Part shown: one piece after another, positions 10,601 to 19,349 of the stretch
How positions within the stretch are numbered: position 1 is the first letter of the stretch
How the letters are laid out: each line of letters starts with the position of its first letter
DNA from: Candidatus Woesebacteria bacterium
GTDB lineage: Bacteria; Patescibacteriota; Microgenomatia; UBA1400; PJMF01
Assembly (NCBI GenBank): GCA_050123235.1
Contig: JASFHL010000001.1
Location: forward strand, 20,651 to 84,650
Direction: 5' to 3'
Length of the DNA: 64,000 nucleotides
Program-made: the position numbers and the translations under genes
The notes under the pieces: model-generated
What the model was told of the DNA's origin: nothing
What the model saw: only the letters and a program-made list of their open reading frames with translations
Databases searched by the model: none

Positions 10601-11943
10601 TTCTAGATGATGGTGGTAGTGGCAATATTATTGGGCCAAATAAAGTACAGTCTGCCACCAACGTGATGACACTAGATAATTTTACAGTCACCACGGCTGG
10701 TCAGGCGGCTGCTGTTGATGGCATGGTCACTAAGGTAGTAGCTGGAGCCTGTTCAGATGCTCAATTTACTGCAGACACCAATGGTTTACTTTGCATAGAT
10801 TCCACTAATGGTCGCATTTATTTCCGCTATGGTGATGCCTGGCACTATACTGATGAAACAGCTGGTTTTCAGATTCCTGATCATGAAACATATAGCTATG
10901 ATTTCGAAAATAAAAGATTTGATGAGAGTTCGCCCATGGTTGAAGGAGATTTTCTTTTGCCTTTTGTAGAAAGATATATGGAAGATGGGGCAGTGCACGC
11001 ACTTCATACAAAGTTTAGTGATGTCAAAGAGATTATTTTATCAGATCTTTACGAGCAAGTAGCTGGTCACGAAATAGAGATTCAAAGTCTTGGTGAGATT
11101 GCTGATGATAAAGAAACCCTGGCAGCTTTACAACTAAGTTTAGAAAATTTTGAAACTAGGGTTTTGGGATTAGAAGATAGCTTGGCTGCAATTGAAACAG
11201 AGCTCGAAGAAGCCACAGTTGATCAAAAGATGGTGGAGCAGGCAATTCTGAGTGATTACCTGAGTAAGGCAGAACTATCAAGTTTTGCTAAATTGAGCTA
11301 TCAGCTCTGGACTTTTGTAGCTGAAGTGACTTTTAAGGCCAAAGCTAGTTTCCAAGGGACAGCTGAGTTTTTGGCAGAGACTATTTTTCATGCTGAAACT
11401 AAATTTAAAGATAAGGCTCAATTTGAAGCTGAGTTAGTGGTTGATGAGAGTACAGCTGGTTTAGTGATTTTGAAAAAGGGTGAAACAGAGGTAGCAGTTA
11501 ATTTTACTAGAGAATATACTAATCAGCCGATTATCACCTTGACGGCAAGGGGAGAAGCAGCCTTAAAAGATAATCTTAGTTATACAGTAATGAATGAAAG
11601 TAAAACTGGCTTTAACATTAAAATTAATCACGCCCAAGACCAAGACTTAGAATTTGCTTGGCATGCTTTGGCAGTGGAGAAGACTGAAGCTGATCTAGAA
11701 GCGGCGCTGAATAATGCTGGTGAAACTGACGCAGCTCAGCCAGAGAATAGTGTAGATACAGATGAGACCCCAGAAATAAGCCCAACAGAAGCAGCTAACT
11801 CAGCGGCTACGGAATCTGCGGTGGTGGATATGTCAGAGCCGACAGCAGCCGAAGAAGATGGAGAGAGCAACAGTGAAACTGGAAGCAACACCAGTGAAGG
11901 TGAAGATGCTAACCTGTTGATTCAAGGTCAAGATAAATTTTAG
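7648..11943 (+). CDS. Giant membrane-anchored surface protein, tail-fibre/tailspike-like, with right-handed parallel beta-helix domain
   Basis: N-terminal TM; G(I/V)GT..P..KL repeats; TIADAI..AS.GDVIFIVPGTY followed by many I.NN.I...G.GI beta-helix repeats; coiled coil; acidic tail. Confidence 0.8.
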   Translation: MTEADNLIKTSFLKKIVAFCFFSLISLLVFSLAQILLDKNPSFTGYDDNSQVLRSAENLKQSNRAKVLAAADERTDRQSLMTFNIETVFKKLLKVAGLKVEEEAEFAGTSTFNAASEFNDSVTFNGDVNLAENVTVSGPLTLLNDITGKNISLDLGTTGKLTASNVIYSLTAGDGISITSGQTPTITNDDPGSDQLIFSTIEVDGSGVTAGSNTDTLKFISGSGISLSRSGKEITISGTGIGWTTSGDYVILSDSTDTVGIGTATPNAKLEINSGSDDTSGLRFTQLTGGSTSISNPSGGKVLTVDAGGNVILVDDQTGGSQTAEEILPSASQGGTLYYNGSNWASSTNLYHYGGNVGIYETGPQGRLHVTTNYNVIGLVVERESGQTSNLTEWVDANFTAGDTPLSYIDTSGNFHGDVVGDVTGSINPSLTTGQLAFQGASGLSGDDGLFWDNTGKNLGIGTTDPGSKLQVAGNITPTVTDYDLGTSSLRWDLYANTINADNTITLTGLGIGTDNTVLILDSSNQVTTDEIDSRVWGSSLIDGSGTQNYLTKWSDSDSLTDSLVFDNGSSVGIGTSAVDHLLNVGGNMGLFADAYINWGSTDGSDGYGLRDNSGVIEYKNSTGDWATFASLSNDSYASHHDRVVDPSGGGTDTTIADAISNASAGDVIFIVPGTYSLSSNLSIDKSLTLLGAGRDATIVNGVDGSEATISIVDGVSDVQIKNMSITNAGSGSTDHVIQKLDNTAGGTGENYLFENLEISGGYRGIYMEDGDQTSIINCYIHDTGNIGVQVDSSNDLLVSDSVFESTGNSSVYLQSSWRAKITGNYIEEAGDDGIYLYGAYYSTVSNNTLFEVADVAIAAREADYSTITANVIQGNKSTDKTNMGIYLRQVDHLVISNNSMYRINGDGIDTYASVAITDVAITGNAIYDSEGYGMDLSLSAAGGNFTVTGNSLNDNDSYGIHLNNEFKNSLVANNIFTSNASGDILDDGGSGNIIGPNKVQSATNVMTLDNFTVTTAGQAAAVDGMVTKVVAGACSDAQFTADTNGLLCIDSTNGRIYFRYGDAWHYTDETAGFQIPDHETYSYDFENKRFDESSPMVEGDFLLPFVERYMEDGAVHALHTKFSDVKEIILSDLYEQVAGHEIEIQSLGEIADDKETLAALQLSLENFETRVLGLEDSLAAIETELEEATVDQKMVEQAILSDYLSKAELSSFAKLSYQLWTFVAEVTFKAKASFQGTAEFLAETIFHAETKFKDKAQFEAELVVDESTAGLVILKKGETEVAVNFTREYTNQPIITLTARGEAALKDNLSYTVMNESKTGFNIKINHAQDQDLEFAWHALAVEKTEADLEAALNNAGETDAAQPENSVDTDETPEISPTEAANSAATESAVVDMSEPTAAEEDGESNSETGSNTSEGEDANLLIQGQDKF

Positions 11944-12166
11944 CCTGATTTGCAATTAATCTTATCACCCCTAAATCAAGTTTAATTTCTTTAAATTTTT
12001 TTTTATTTTTGTGTAGAATTAATTTATTTTTGATAATGGAGATAAAATTGCTGTGTTGAGGTAAAACATCAAAGACACCTTCTTCATTTTCCGATGAAAT
12101 AGCATCAACTTCCTCTTCGAGGATCAGTCCTTTAAGACTGAAGATTTTTATCTTTATTTTGTCCAT
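11909..12166 (-). CDS. atpC: F1-ATPase epsilon-like subunit, N-terminal beta-sandwich only
   Basis: IKIFSLKGLILEEEVDAI...EGVFDVLPQHSNFISII matches the epsilon G.xILP.H motif; 85 aa, no C-terminal helices; overlaps the 3' end of the giant gene by 35 nt. Confidence 0.8.
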   Translation of the reverse strand: MDKIKIKIFSLKGLILEEEVDAISSENEEGVFDVLPQHSNFISIIKNKLILHKNKKKFKEIKLDLGVIRLIANQAKIYLDLESTG

Positions 12167-12247
12167 TTTTTTATTAAATTTATTATGGCAAATTTTTTAA
12201 GTTAAGACTAGGGTGGAGCTTAGCTTTTCAAAGTAGAAAGTTTAGTG

Positions 12248-12321
12248 TCGGAGATGGCGGACTTGAACCGCCGACCTCACGCTCCCGATGCGTGCGCTCT
12301 AGCCATCTGAGCTAATCTCCG
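12248..12321 (-). tRNA. tRNA-Pro(CGG)
   Basis: CGGAGAT/ATCTCCG acceptor, anticodon arm cacgc-atCGGga-gcgtg, GGTTCAAGTCC T-arm. Confidence 0.95.
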
Positions 12322-12324
12322 GAG

Positions 12325-13746
12325 TTATTTCAATTCAATGGCGTATAAATTTTTAGGAGTGTCAGGGCTAAAGGAAGTGAGAATAATAATTTTGCTACCG
12401 TCAGGCCAAGGATAAATAAAGTCATCGGCAAATGGGCCAGAATAAAGACTTTTTTTATTGGTTGCATCGTATTCCATAATGAAAATTTTTTGATCTTTGA
12501 TAAAAACAAGATGCTTTGAATCTGGGAACCATTGCAGGGTATTGATCAATAATGAACTGTGATAATTATTAAAATTCCTCACTGTTTGGGCTGAATCACT
12601 CGCTTGCAATCTAGTAAAAGCACTAGGAGATGACTCTAGTTTTATAGGAGTTTTGTTATAGATATCTGTTGCCAAAAGTTGCTTAAGATTGCTCAGTTGA
12701 GCACTTGTAGTAGCCTCTCCTTCAGTGACTGAGACTTCAGGAGTTGCTTCGCTTGCTTCATCCGATTTGTCAGTAATGATTTCTGCAGCAATTTTAAAAT
12801 TTTTATCTTCTTCTCGGTCGTAGATATAGATAGAGCCAATCTCTAATTCCCTAGACTCAGCTTGCGTATTGCTGGCAACTAAAGGGGGGATAAGATTCTC
12901 AGCTAAATTTAGGTCTGCAGTGGCAGTGTACAAAAGCCGTTTTTTATCCGGTGAAATGTATACATTTTTGGCTGACTCGGTGGCAATTTTTAAAATTTCT
13001 TCAGGAAATTCACTTAAAAACTGTCTTTCTCTAAGATACATTTCTTCTTCCCAAGTAGAAAGAATTTGTTTTCTTTTGAAGCTAATATCAGCTAGTTCTA
13101 CTAGATTATTTTTTTTATTAACATCAATTAGCATTTCTTTTTTGTCGGTGATGATAATGATTTCACTACTATCAGGTGACCAAATAAAAAAAGCATCTTC
13201 TAAGTTAATGTTAAGATTATCTTCAGCCAGGAATTTGGGTTCTTTTTGTAAAGGTAAAAAATTATTGTTTAGTTCCAAAAGATAAAGACCATTTTTATTT
13301 TCAGCACTGGCAGAAGCAGTGTAATAAAGAATTTTTTGTCCATCTGGAGAAGGGGAGATATTTTCAACACCAGTGAAAGTGAGAGGAGTCAAGCTTGGGG
13401 CAGCTGGAAAGAGTTGAGCATTAGTTTGGGTGACCAATTCCTTTTCTACTTGTAGTTGTTTTTTCCATTCAAGATAACCTTCTTTGACAATTTTGACTAA
13501 GTAGCTACCAGGTTCTAGATAAAGGGTTTCATCAGTGGCAGTCACCAGTCTGCCATCAATAAAGACTTGCGCTCCAGGAGGGAAAGAGTTAGCACTGAGC
13601 AACCCTAATTCACTTACTACTCCTTGTCTACTGAATCTCCAGTTACCTTTGGCATATTGAATAGCAGTCACAGCTCCAGCTGCGATGACTAAAAAAGAAA
13701 AGAGTGTATAAACTAAGCGAGCATTGATTTTTTTCAGAAATTTCAT
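12325..13746 (-). CDS. PEGA-domain membrane-anchored protein with TolB-like propeller repeats
   Basis: N-terminal TM; NSFPPGAQVFIDG...LEPGSYLVKIVKEGY (PEGA); SPDGQKI, WSPDS, WFPDS, WPDGS repeats. Confidence 0.85.
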   Translation of the reverse strand: MKFLKKINARLVYTLFSFLVIAAGAVTAIQYAKGNWRFSRQGVVSELGLLSANSFPPGAQVFIDGRLVTATDETLYLEPGSYLVKIVKEGYLEWKKQLQVEKELVTQTNAQLFPAAPSLTPLTFTGVENISPSPDGQKILYYTASASAENKNGLYLLELNNNFLPLQKEPKFLAEDNLNINLEDAFFIWSPDSSEIIIITDKKEMLIDVNKKNNLVELADISFKRKQILSTWEEEMYLRERQFLSEFPEEILKIATESAKNVYISPDKKRLLYTATADLNLAENLIPPLVASNTQAESRELEIGSIYIYDREEDKNFKIAAEIITDKSDEASEATPEVSVTEGEATTSAQLSNLKQLLATDIYNKTPIKLESSPSAFTRLQASDSAQTVRNFNNYHSSLLINTLQWFPDSKHLVFIKDQKIFIMEYDATNKKSLYSGPFADDFIYPWPDGSKIIILTSFSPDTPKNLYAIELK

Positions 13747-13849
13747 TGACTTTTATTATAGTATAGAAAAGGTTAATTTTCCTATTTACTATTTTTTTTA
13801 AAAAATAATAAGTAAATTGAATATTAAATGTTAGAATTATCGCAACATA

Positions 13850-14872
13850 ATGAAAAAATTTTTAAATAACTTCAATCGCTTGATTGGCATTGACTTAGGT
13901 ACTAGTCAGACTCGGATTTGGAGTGACAAAGAAGGCTTAGTGCTGGATGAGCCGTCTTGTTTGGCTGTTGATATTTTGACAAAAAAAGTCTTGGCAGTTG
14001 GGAAGGAAGCCCTGGAGATGAAAGGTAGGGTAGATAAGAAAATCGGAGTTTATTTTCCTATGCAAAAAGGTCAGATTTATGACCTTGATTTAGCTAGAGC
14101 AATGTTGAGAGTTTTTTTACAAAAAATTTTAAAAAGTACTTATTTTTTTAATCCCAATATGATGGTCAGTGTTCCAGCTTTGGTAAGTAAAAATGCTGAA
14201 AGGTTGACTGCTGATCTATTTTATTCTCTTGGAGCTAATCAAGTTTTCACCATCAGAGAACCATTGGTAGCTGCTATCGGAGCTGGAGTACCAATTTCAG
14301 ATGCTTCAGCCTGCTTTATTTTACAAATGGGAGCAGGCATAGTAGAGGGAGCGATTATTTCTTTGGGTAGCCTAATTGACTATCAATCTAGTTTTCAAGC
14401 CGGGAATTTTTTAGATCAACGGATCATTTATGCGGTCAGAAAAAATAAGCAATTACTTATTAGTCAAGAGGCAGCTGAAAAATTAAAAGTCAAGATAGCC
14501 TCAATTTCAGCAATCGACAAGAAAGAGGTTTTGGTGATGGGCAAGGATATTGCTCAGTCTTCACCTAAAGAGTTAAGTATCAACTCTGGGGATTTAATGC
14601 CAGCCTTTGAAAAAATTTTACTTGTTTATATTAATTTATTAAAAACATTGTTATCCAAAGCTCCCCCAGAATTGATAGTTGATGTAATTAACAAGGGGAT
14701 GTTATTGTCTGGAGGTTTAGCTAAACTTGATGGTTTGGAAGAGCATTTAGTAGCAACTCTTGGGGTACCAGTTTCAGTAATTGATAATCCTAAGCTGGCA
14801 GTGATCAATGGTATTGCTACAGTTTTGGAAAATTTGGATGAGTTTAAAGAAAGTTTGGGTTATCAGCAATAA
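13850..14872 (+). CDS. MreB/Mbl-like actin-family protein (divergent paralog)
   Basis: IGIDLGTS, DEPSCLA, EPLVAAIGAG, AEKLK, LSGGLAKL; phosphate-2 motif altered to QMGAG. Confidence 0.85.
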   Translation: MKKFLNNFNRLIGIDLGTSQTRIWSDKEGLVLDEPSCLAVDILTKKVLAVGKEALEMKGRVDKKIGVYFPMQKGQIYDLDLARAMLRVFLQKILKSTYFFNPNMMVSVPALVSKNAERLTADLFYSLGANQVFTIREPLVAAIGAGVPISDASACFILQMGAGIVEGAIISLGSLIDYQSSFQAGNFLDQRIIYAVRKNKQLLISQEAAEKLKVKIASISAIDKKEVLVMGKDIAQSSPKELSINSGDLMPAFEKILLVYINLLKTLLSKAPPELIVDVINKGMLLSGGLAKLDGLEEHLVATLGVPVSVIDNPKLAVINGIATVLENLDEFKESLGYQQ

Positions 14873-14934
14873 TTTCTTTGATTTCTCAATATTTTTTTGT
14901 TATATTAGATCTAGGAATTTGTCTTTAATTTTTT

Positions 14935-15189
14935 ATGAATAAGTCAAAAACAAAGAAAAATAGTAATTACAAACCCCCAGCAAGTATTGATGAAGCAAGG
15001 TTTAATTATCGTTATCGAGGTAAGATTGTGGTGGCCTCTGGAGGTCAAGTTTTTGGCACTAAAAGTGCTGAGCGAGCAGTGAAGATTGTTGAGCGTTTGA
15101 AAAGAAAGTATCCATCAGAAGTGCCGACTATTACTTATTTACCCAAAAAAGATCAAATGTTAATTCCTACTTTAGCGAGTAAAAAGTAA
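14935..15189 (+). CDS. Small DUF5678-like protein
   Basis: YRGKIVVASGGQVFG pattern; upstream of an aspartyl protease as is typical for this pair. Confidence 0.55.
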   Translation: MNKSKTKKNSNYKPPASIDEARFNYRYRGKIVVASGGQVFGTKSAERAVKIVERLKRKYPSEVPTITYLPKKDQMLIPTLASKK

Positions 15190-15273
15190 TTAGTGAAAAA
15201 GCTCTTGATCAGAGATAAGTAGAGAATTTTAGATTGCTTATCAAGGCCGAACTTAGCTATTTATTTTTTGAAC

Positions 15274-15732
15274 ATGAATCAATTTTTGCAAACAATTAAA
15301 GAAAAATTTTTTTTTTGGAATAAAAGCAAAGAAGTTGCTTTTTCTTTTAAATTAGAACCTTCAGCTTTATTTGGTCAGATTTATTCACCCACGATTGATA
15401 TTTTACTCTGGTCCAGGAGAGGAGAAGATTGGATAAAGACGCCAATCGTGATCGATACAGGGGCTGATTATACAATTTTACCTGAATTTTTGGCCTTGCA
15501 GCTGGGAATTGATCTGCAAAAAGACTGTGAGCGATTACTGACTATAGGGGTGGGTGGTAAAACTCCTGTCTATTTTTATCCTCGGCTAAGGGTTAGAGTA
15601 GCAAACTTTGAGCGTATTATTCCAGTTGGTTTTTTAAAGGCAGAAATCCCAGCTTTGATGGGTCGTCAAGCATTTTTTGAAACCTTTGAAACAAGTTTTA
15701 TCAGGAATAAAAGAATTTACTTCAGAGAGTGA
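15274..15732 (+). CDS. Retropepsin-like (clan AA) aspartyl protease
   Basis: IDTGADYT catalytic motif, GVGG flap, LMGRQAFF. Confidence 0.85.
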   Translation: MNQFLQTIKEKFFFWNKSKEVAFSFKLEPSALFGQIYSPTIDILLWSRRGEDWIKTPIVIDTGADYTILPEFLALQLGIDLQKDCERLLTIGVGGKTPVYFYPRLRVRVANFERIIPVGFLKAEIPALMGRQAFFETFETSFIRNKRIYFRE

Positions 15733-15741
15733 GCAGTTAGT

Positions 15742-17331
15742 TCAGCTCAAGTTTTTAGCTTGGCTTGCAAATTGTTCACCCCGGTCACGGTAATCTATAA
15801 ACATGCCAAAACTAGCACTAGCGGGGCTGAGCAGCACTACATCTCCTGTTTTTGCTTGGCTGTGGGCTATTTTGATAGCTTGTCTCATGTCTTTAACAAA
15901 ATTAACTTTTGGTAAAGACAAGGTTTGGAGCTTTTGACTCTTTCCAGGTTTTTTTTGAATTGTGCTGGCTTGTTCTTTGACTGCCTGCCAGATTCTTTTG
16001 CCAGTTGTAGGGAAGAGAATTAGGCTTTTTACTTTTCGTTTGAGTATTTCTTTGGCTAAATCATGAAAATCCTGTTTTCGTTCATATCCACCTGCCAGGA
16101 GAATTATTTTTCCGCTGTCAAAACCCTGCAAAGCCGAGATGGTAGCATCAGGCATGGTAGCCAGGGAATCGTTGTAATATTTAACGCCTTTAATTTCAGC
16201 CACTAGTTGCAGACGATGAGCCAGTGATTTGAAACTTTTAATGCCTTGGGCAATTTGCTGCTTACTGATTCCAAAAAGTCTGGCTACTAGCACTGCCGGC
16301 ATGACATTCTGTAGATTGTGTTTACCAATTAAAGGAATATCTTTGATGGCGATAATTTTTACTTCCTCTTTGCAAGGAGCTGGAGTTTGGGATGGAATTG
16401 ATTGCTTAGTTTGAACTATTTTTAAGATTTTTTTATTTACTATTACAAAATTATCTTTAATATAAACAATGGAATCATTTTTAGCTTTTAAAGCAAATTT
16501 AAAATGTTGTCCTTGGCTTAACTTAGCTATTTTCTTTGTTTTAGGAAAAGAATCATTACATATTACTTTATATTTTCTATCTTTTTGATATTTTGTGATA
16601 GACGATTTAGCAGCTACATATTCTTCAGTACTATTATAGTAATCTAGGTGTTCAGAGCTGATATTTTGGATGATTGCTATCTGGGGGCTAATGTTTAAAT
16701 CAGCTAGTTGATGACTTGAAAGTTCTATTATTACTATACTTTTTGATTTAATTTGATCTAGCTTAGAAAGCGGAGGAGAACCAATATTACCTAATAAAAC
16801 AGCATCAAGTCCAGCAACTTTTAGAAGATGATGAACAAGCGAAGAAGTGGTGCTTTTGCCTTTAGTGCCAGTGATGCCGATTGTGATAATATTTTTTGCT
16901 TCGATCAAAGCTGGAAATTTTTTTTGCTTAGCCTTGAGTGCTGGCCGAGAAGCTAGTTTTTCTTGATTGGCTGCTTTAATAATTTCAAAAAAAAGTTGAG
17001 TGTTAGAGCTGATAAGAGCCTTGTTCTTCTTGGCTGTTTGTAATTCTTTGAGATGTCCAGGTATACCTGGAGTTTTAAAAATCAAATCAAATTTTTCTAT
17101 ATTTTGAAGGTAATTTTGACCTAAGTTTAGTTTTAAAAACTGATCTTTTTTTATAATTTGTTTAACCTTTTGATCTATTTTGTTTAAAGATCTCTGATCA
17201 GCTATAGTTAATGTTTTTTTGGGAAAATGTTTTCTTAAAAACTGATAAGTTGATTGGCCTTCACGGCCAAAACCTAGAATCAGGATTGATTTATTTGCCA
17301 GTTTTTTTAGAATTTTTTTTGAAGTTCTCAT
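15742..17331 (-). CDS. murD: UDP-MurNAc-L-Ala:glutamate ligase (MurD, probably the L-Glu-adding MurD2 type)
   Basis: LGFGREG, GITGTKGKSTT, ELSSHQL, HRLQ, NDSLAT, LSPASASF; downstream of murL. Confidence 0.93.
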   Translation of the reverse strand: MRTSKKILKKLANKSILILGFGREGQSTYQFLRKHFPKKTLTIADQRSLNKIDQKVKQIIKKDQFLKLNLGQNYLQNIEKFDLIFKTPGIPGHLKELQTAKKNKALISSNTQLFFEIIKAANQEKLASRPALKAKQKKFPALIEAKNIITIGITGTKGKSTTSSLVHHLLKVAGLDAVLLGNIGSPPLSKLDQIKSKSIVIIELSSHQLADLNISPQIAIIQNISSEHLDYYNSTEEYVAAKSSITKYQKDRKYKVICNDSFPKTKKIAKLSQGQHFKFALKAKNDSIVYIKDNFVIVNKKILKIVQTKQSIPSQTPAPCKEEVKIIAIKDIPLIGKHNLQNVMPAVLVARLFGISKQQIAQGIKSFKSLAHRLQLVAEIKGVKYYNDSLATMPDATISALQGFDSGKIILLAGGYERKQDFHDLAKEILKRKVKSLILFPTTGKRIWQAVKEQASTIQKKPGKSQKLQTLSLPKVNFVKDMRQAIKIAHSQAKTGDVVLLSPASASFGMFIDYRDRGEQFASQAKNLS

Positions 17332-17365
17332 TAGGACCTTAATTCAAAGATTGTTTTTGGCTAAT

Positions 17366-18937
17366 TTATTTAAGTTTTGCACTGGCAAGCATTTCAGCCT
17401 CCAGCAGCTCTTGTTTAAGAATTTTTGCTAAGTCAGCCGGCAAGTAATGCTTATTATTCCAAGATTTTAAGACTTTTGATGTTCTTTTTTCTAAGTTTTT
17501 TTCTTGCGCTAAGATTTTGTTTTTAACTGCTTTTAAGACAATGGGCAATGGTTCTGATGATTGTTCATATTTTTTAACACTCAGATAAAAGGCAATCAAG
17601 GTTTCTTCATGAGTACCTACACATTCAAATGGTTTTTGAGTGCCAAAGCCAATCAATTCCCAAGCTATGTCTAAGAGTTCTGCTTTTTCAAATAAATTTT
17701 CTGAGAAAATATCGTTACATAGTTCTTTTTTATCAACAAAAGGGAAGAGAATAGTAAAGACAAACAAACACTTGGGGCAATGATGACACCAGTGATTACT
17801 GCGTTGCCCAACATTGCAACTGCGGAAGCTAGGATGATATTGAGGGTAAGCGGCAAAAAGTTTGGCGATTTGCAATTCATAAACTGGGCGAAGAAAAGAA
17901 AAATAGAGTGGGTGAGAGGGCAAATTTCGATTTCTTATTAAGTTTATTTCTTTGCTGCCACCTTGCCCGGAACCAAGCAAGTCATTTTGAAACAAGTAAC
18001 GCTTAGCATAATCTCTAAATTTTGTTTCAAAGTCAAAGGTTTTCGAGTACTGGTGATTAATTTGCTGGCCATGGAAAATTAAATTTTCTTCATTAGCTGA
18101 GCGTTCGTTAGCCAGGACAACGTATTGGTAAGCAGAAATATATGCCAAAACGCTACTCAAGAAGGCCAAATAGGCGCTATAAGGAGTATGACCATTCAGA
18201 TAACCTTGTCGGTTAAGATCAAGCAGTTTTTGATCTATACGGCGGTTAATTTTAATAGTTTCTTGGCAATGGCTTTTTTGAATAGCAGTTCCTGAAGCAG
18301 GACTTTGTGGATGTAACAATAAACAGCCATATTTTAATTTGTGTTTGTCAAAAATACCCAGAGTTAGAGAAGAGTCTTTACCACCAGCGGCAGGAATCAA
18401 ATATTTTTTTCTTGCTTTAAAGCCAGTTGCCTTAATTTGTTTTTGAGTTTTTTGAACTTCTGAAATCTTGTTGCTGGCGGAACCTGTGACTGTTTGACTG
18501 GATTGAGCTGTGATCTCAGTTTTTTTTCTGTTTTTACTTGCCTCAGCCTTAATTTTAATAAAATCCTGAGCAGTAAAATCAATCTGATTCTGATAAAAGA
18601 ATTCTCCAAGGCCTTTGATAATCAGATCCTTCCACCAGGCTATTTGATCTGGATTTAGCTGGCCAGCTTGGATGATAATCTGAGGTGAGCAACTAGCTTT
18701 CCAATAACTAGGGATTTCTGCTAAACCTAAGTGAAAGATTAGCTTATCCAGTATTTTGGGATCAATCGCTGCTAGATCATCCTCATTTATGCCTTCAATT
18801 GTGAGAGTAGGTTTAAATTTAATGCTTGGTTTTAGCAAAAAATCAAATTCTATTTGCAATTGATTTTTGACAAATTTATAAGAAAAATTTTGGTAGATTA
18901 ATTGAGGGTGTTTTTTTCTAAGTGTTTGAATGTTCAT
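17366..18937 (-). CDS. murL: UDP-MurNAc-L-Ala-L-Glu epimerase
   Basis: PSYWKA, GGKDS, NGHTP, NERSA, NHQYSK, FRSCN, WCHHCPKC, KPFECVG; adjacent to murD. Confidence 0.85.
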   Translation of the reverse strand: MNIQTLRKKHPQLIYQNFSYKFVKNQLQIEFDFLLKPSIKFKPTLTIEGINEDDLAAIDPKILDKLIFHLGLAEIPSYWKASCSPQIIIQAGQLNPDQIAWWKDLIIKGLGEFFYQNQIDFTAQDFIKIKAEASKNRKKTEITAQSSQTVTGSASNKISEVQKTQKQIKATGFKARKKYLIPAAGGKDSSLTLGIFDKHKLKYGCLLLHPQSPASGTAIQKSHCQETIKINRRIDQKLLDLNRQGYLNGHTPYSAYLAFLSSVLAYISAYQYVVLANERSANEENLIFHGQQINHQYSKTFDFETKFRDYAKRYLFQNDLLGSGQGGSKEINLIRNRNLPSHPLYFSFLRPVYELQIAKLFAAYPQYHPSFRSCNVGQRSNHWCHHCPKCLFVFTILFPFVDKKELCNDIFSENLFEKAELLDIAWELIGFGTQKPFECVGTHEETLIAFYLSVKKYEQSSEPLPIVLKAVKNKILAQEKNLEKRTSKVLKSWNNKHYLPADLAKILKQELLEAEMLASAKLK

Positions 18938-19349
18938 TTACAATATTATAAGTTATTATTTTTTAATTTGACAGTGTTAAGTTAGGCTGGGATTTCTTGA
19001 AAGAAAAGATAGAAGTTTAATACAAGATTTTAATTTTTGAAGATTTATAATTTTTTAAATATTTACTCTAGTTAAAAAGTGTTCAAAATTACAAAAAAGT
19101 GAAAAGAGGGTTTTGCTAGTGAGTATATCTTATGATGAATCTTGTGTTCTTTTTGATTGAGTAGTTTTCGTATTTTTTTCAGTAAAAACGAAAAATTATT
19201 GTTTTTACCCATAAAAAATACGAAAAAATCGTAATTTCATTAATTTTGCTTAATTATTTTTTATTGAGAACTGTTAAAATTAAATATAAGGCCTAATCTT
19301 TTTTGGGCTGGTTTCAGCTTTTTAGCTGTATAATTTTTTAGTAAAATTT

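Noticed and set aside
7648-11943. Prophage tail gene
   Set aside because: Has an N-terminal membrane anchor and there are no capsid, terminase, portal or integrase genes in the window
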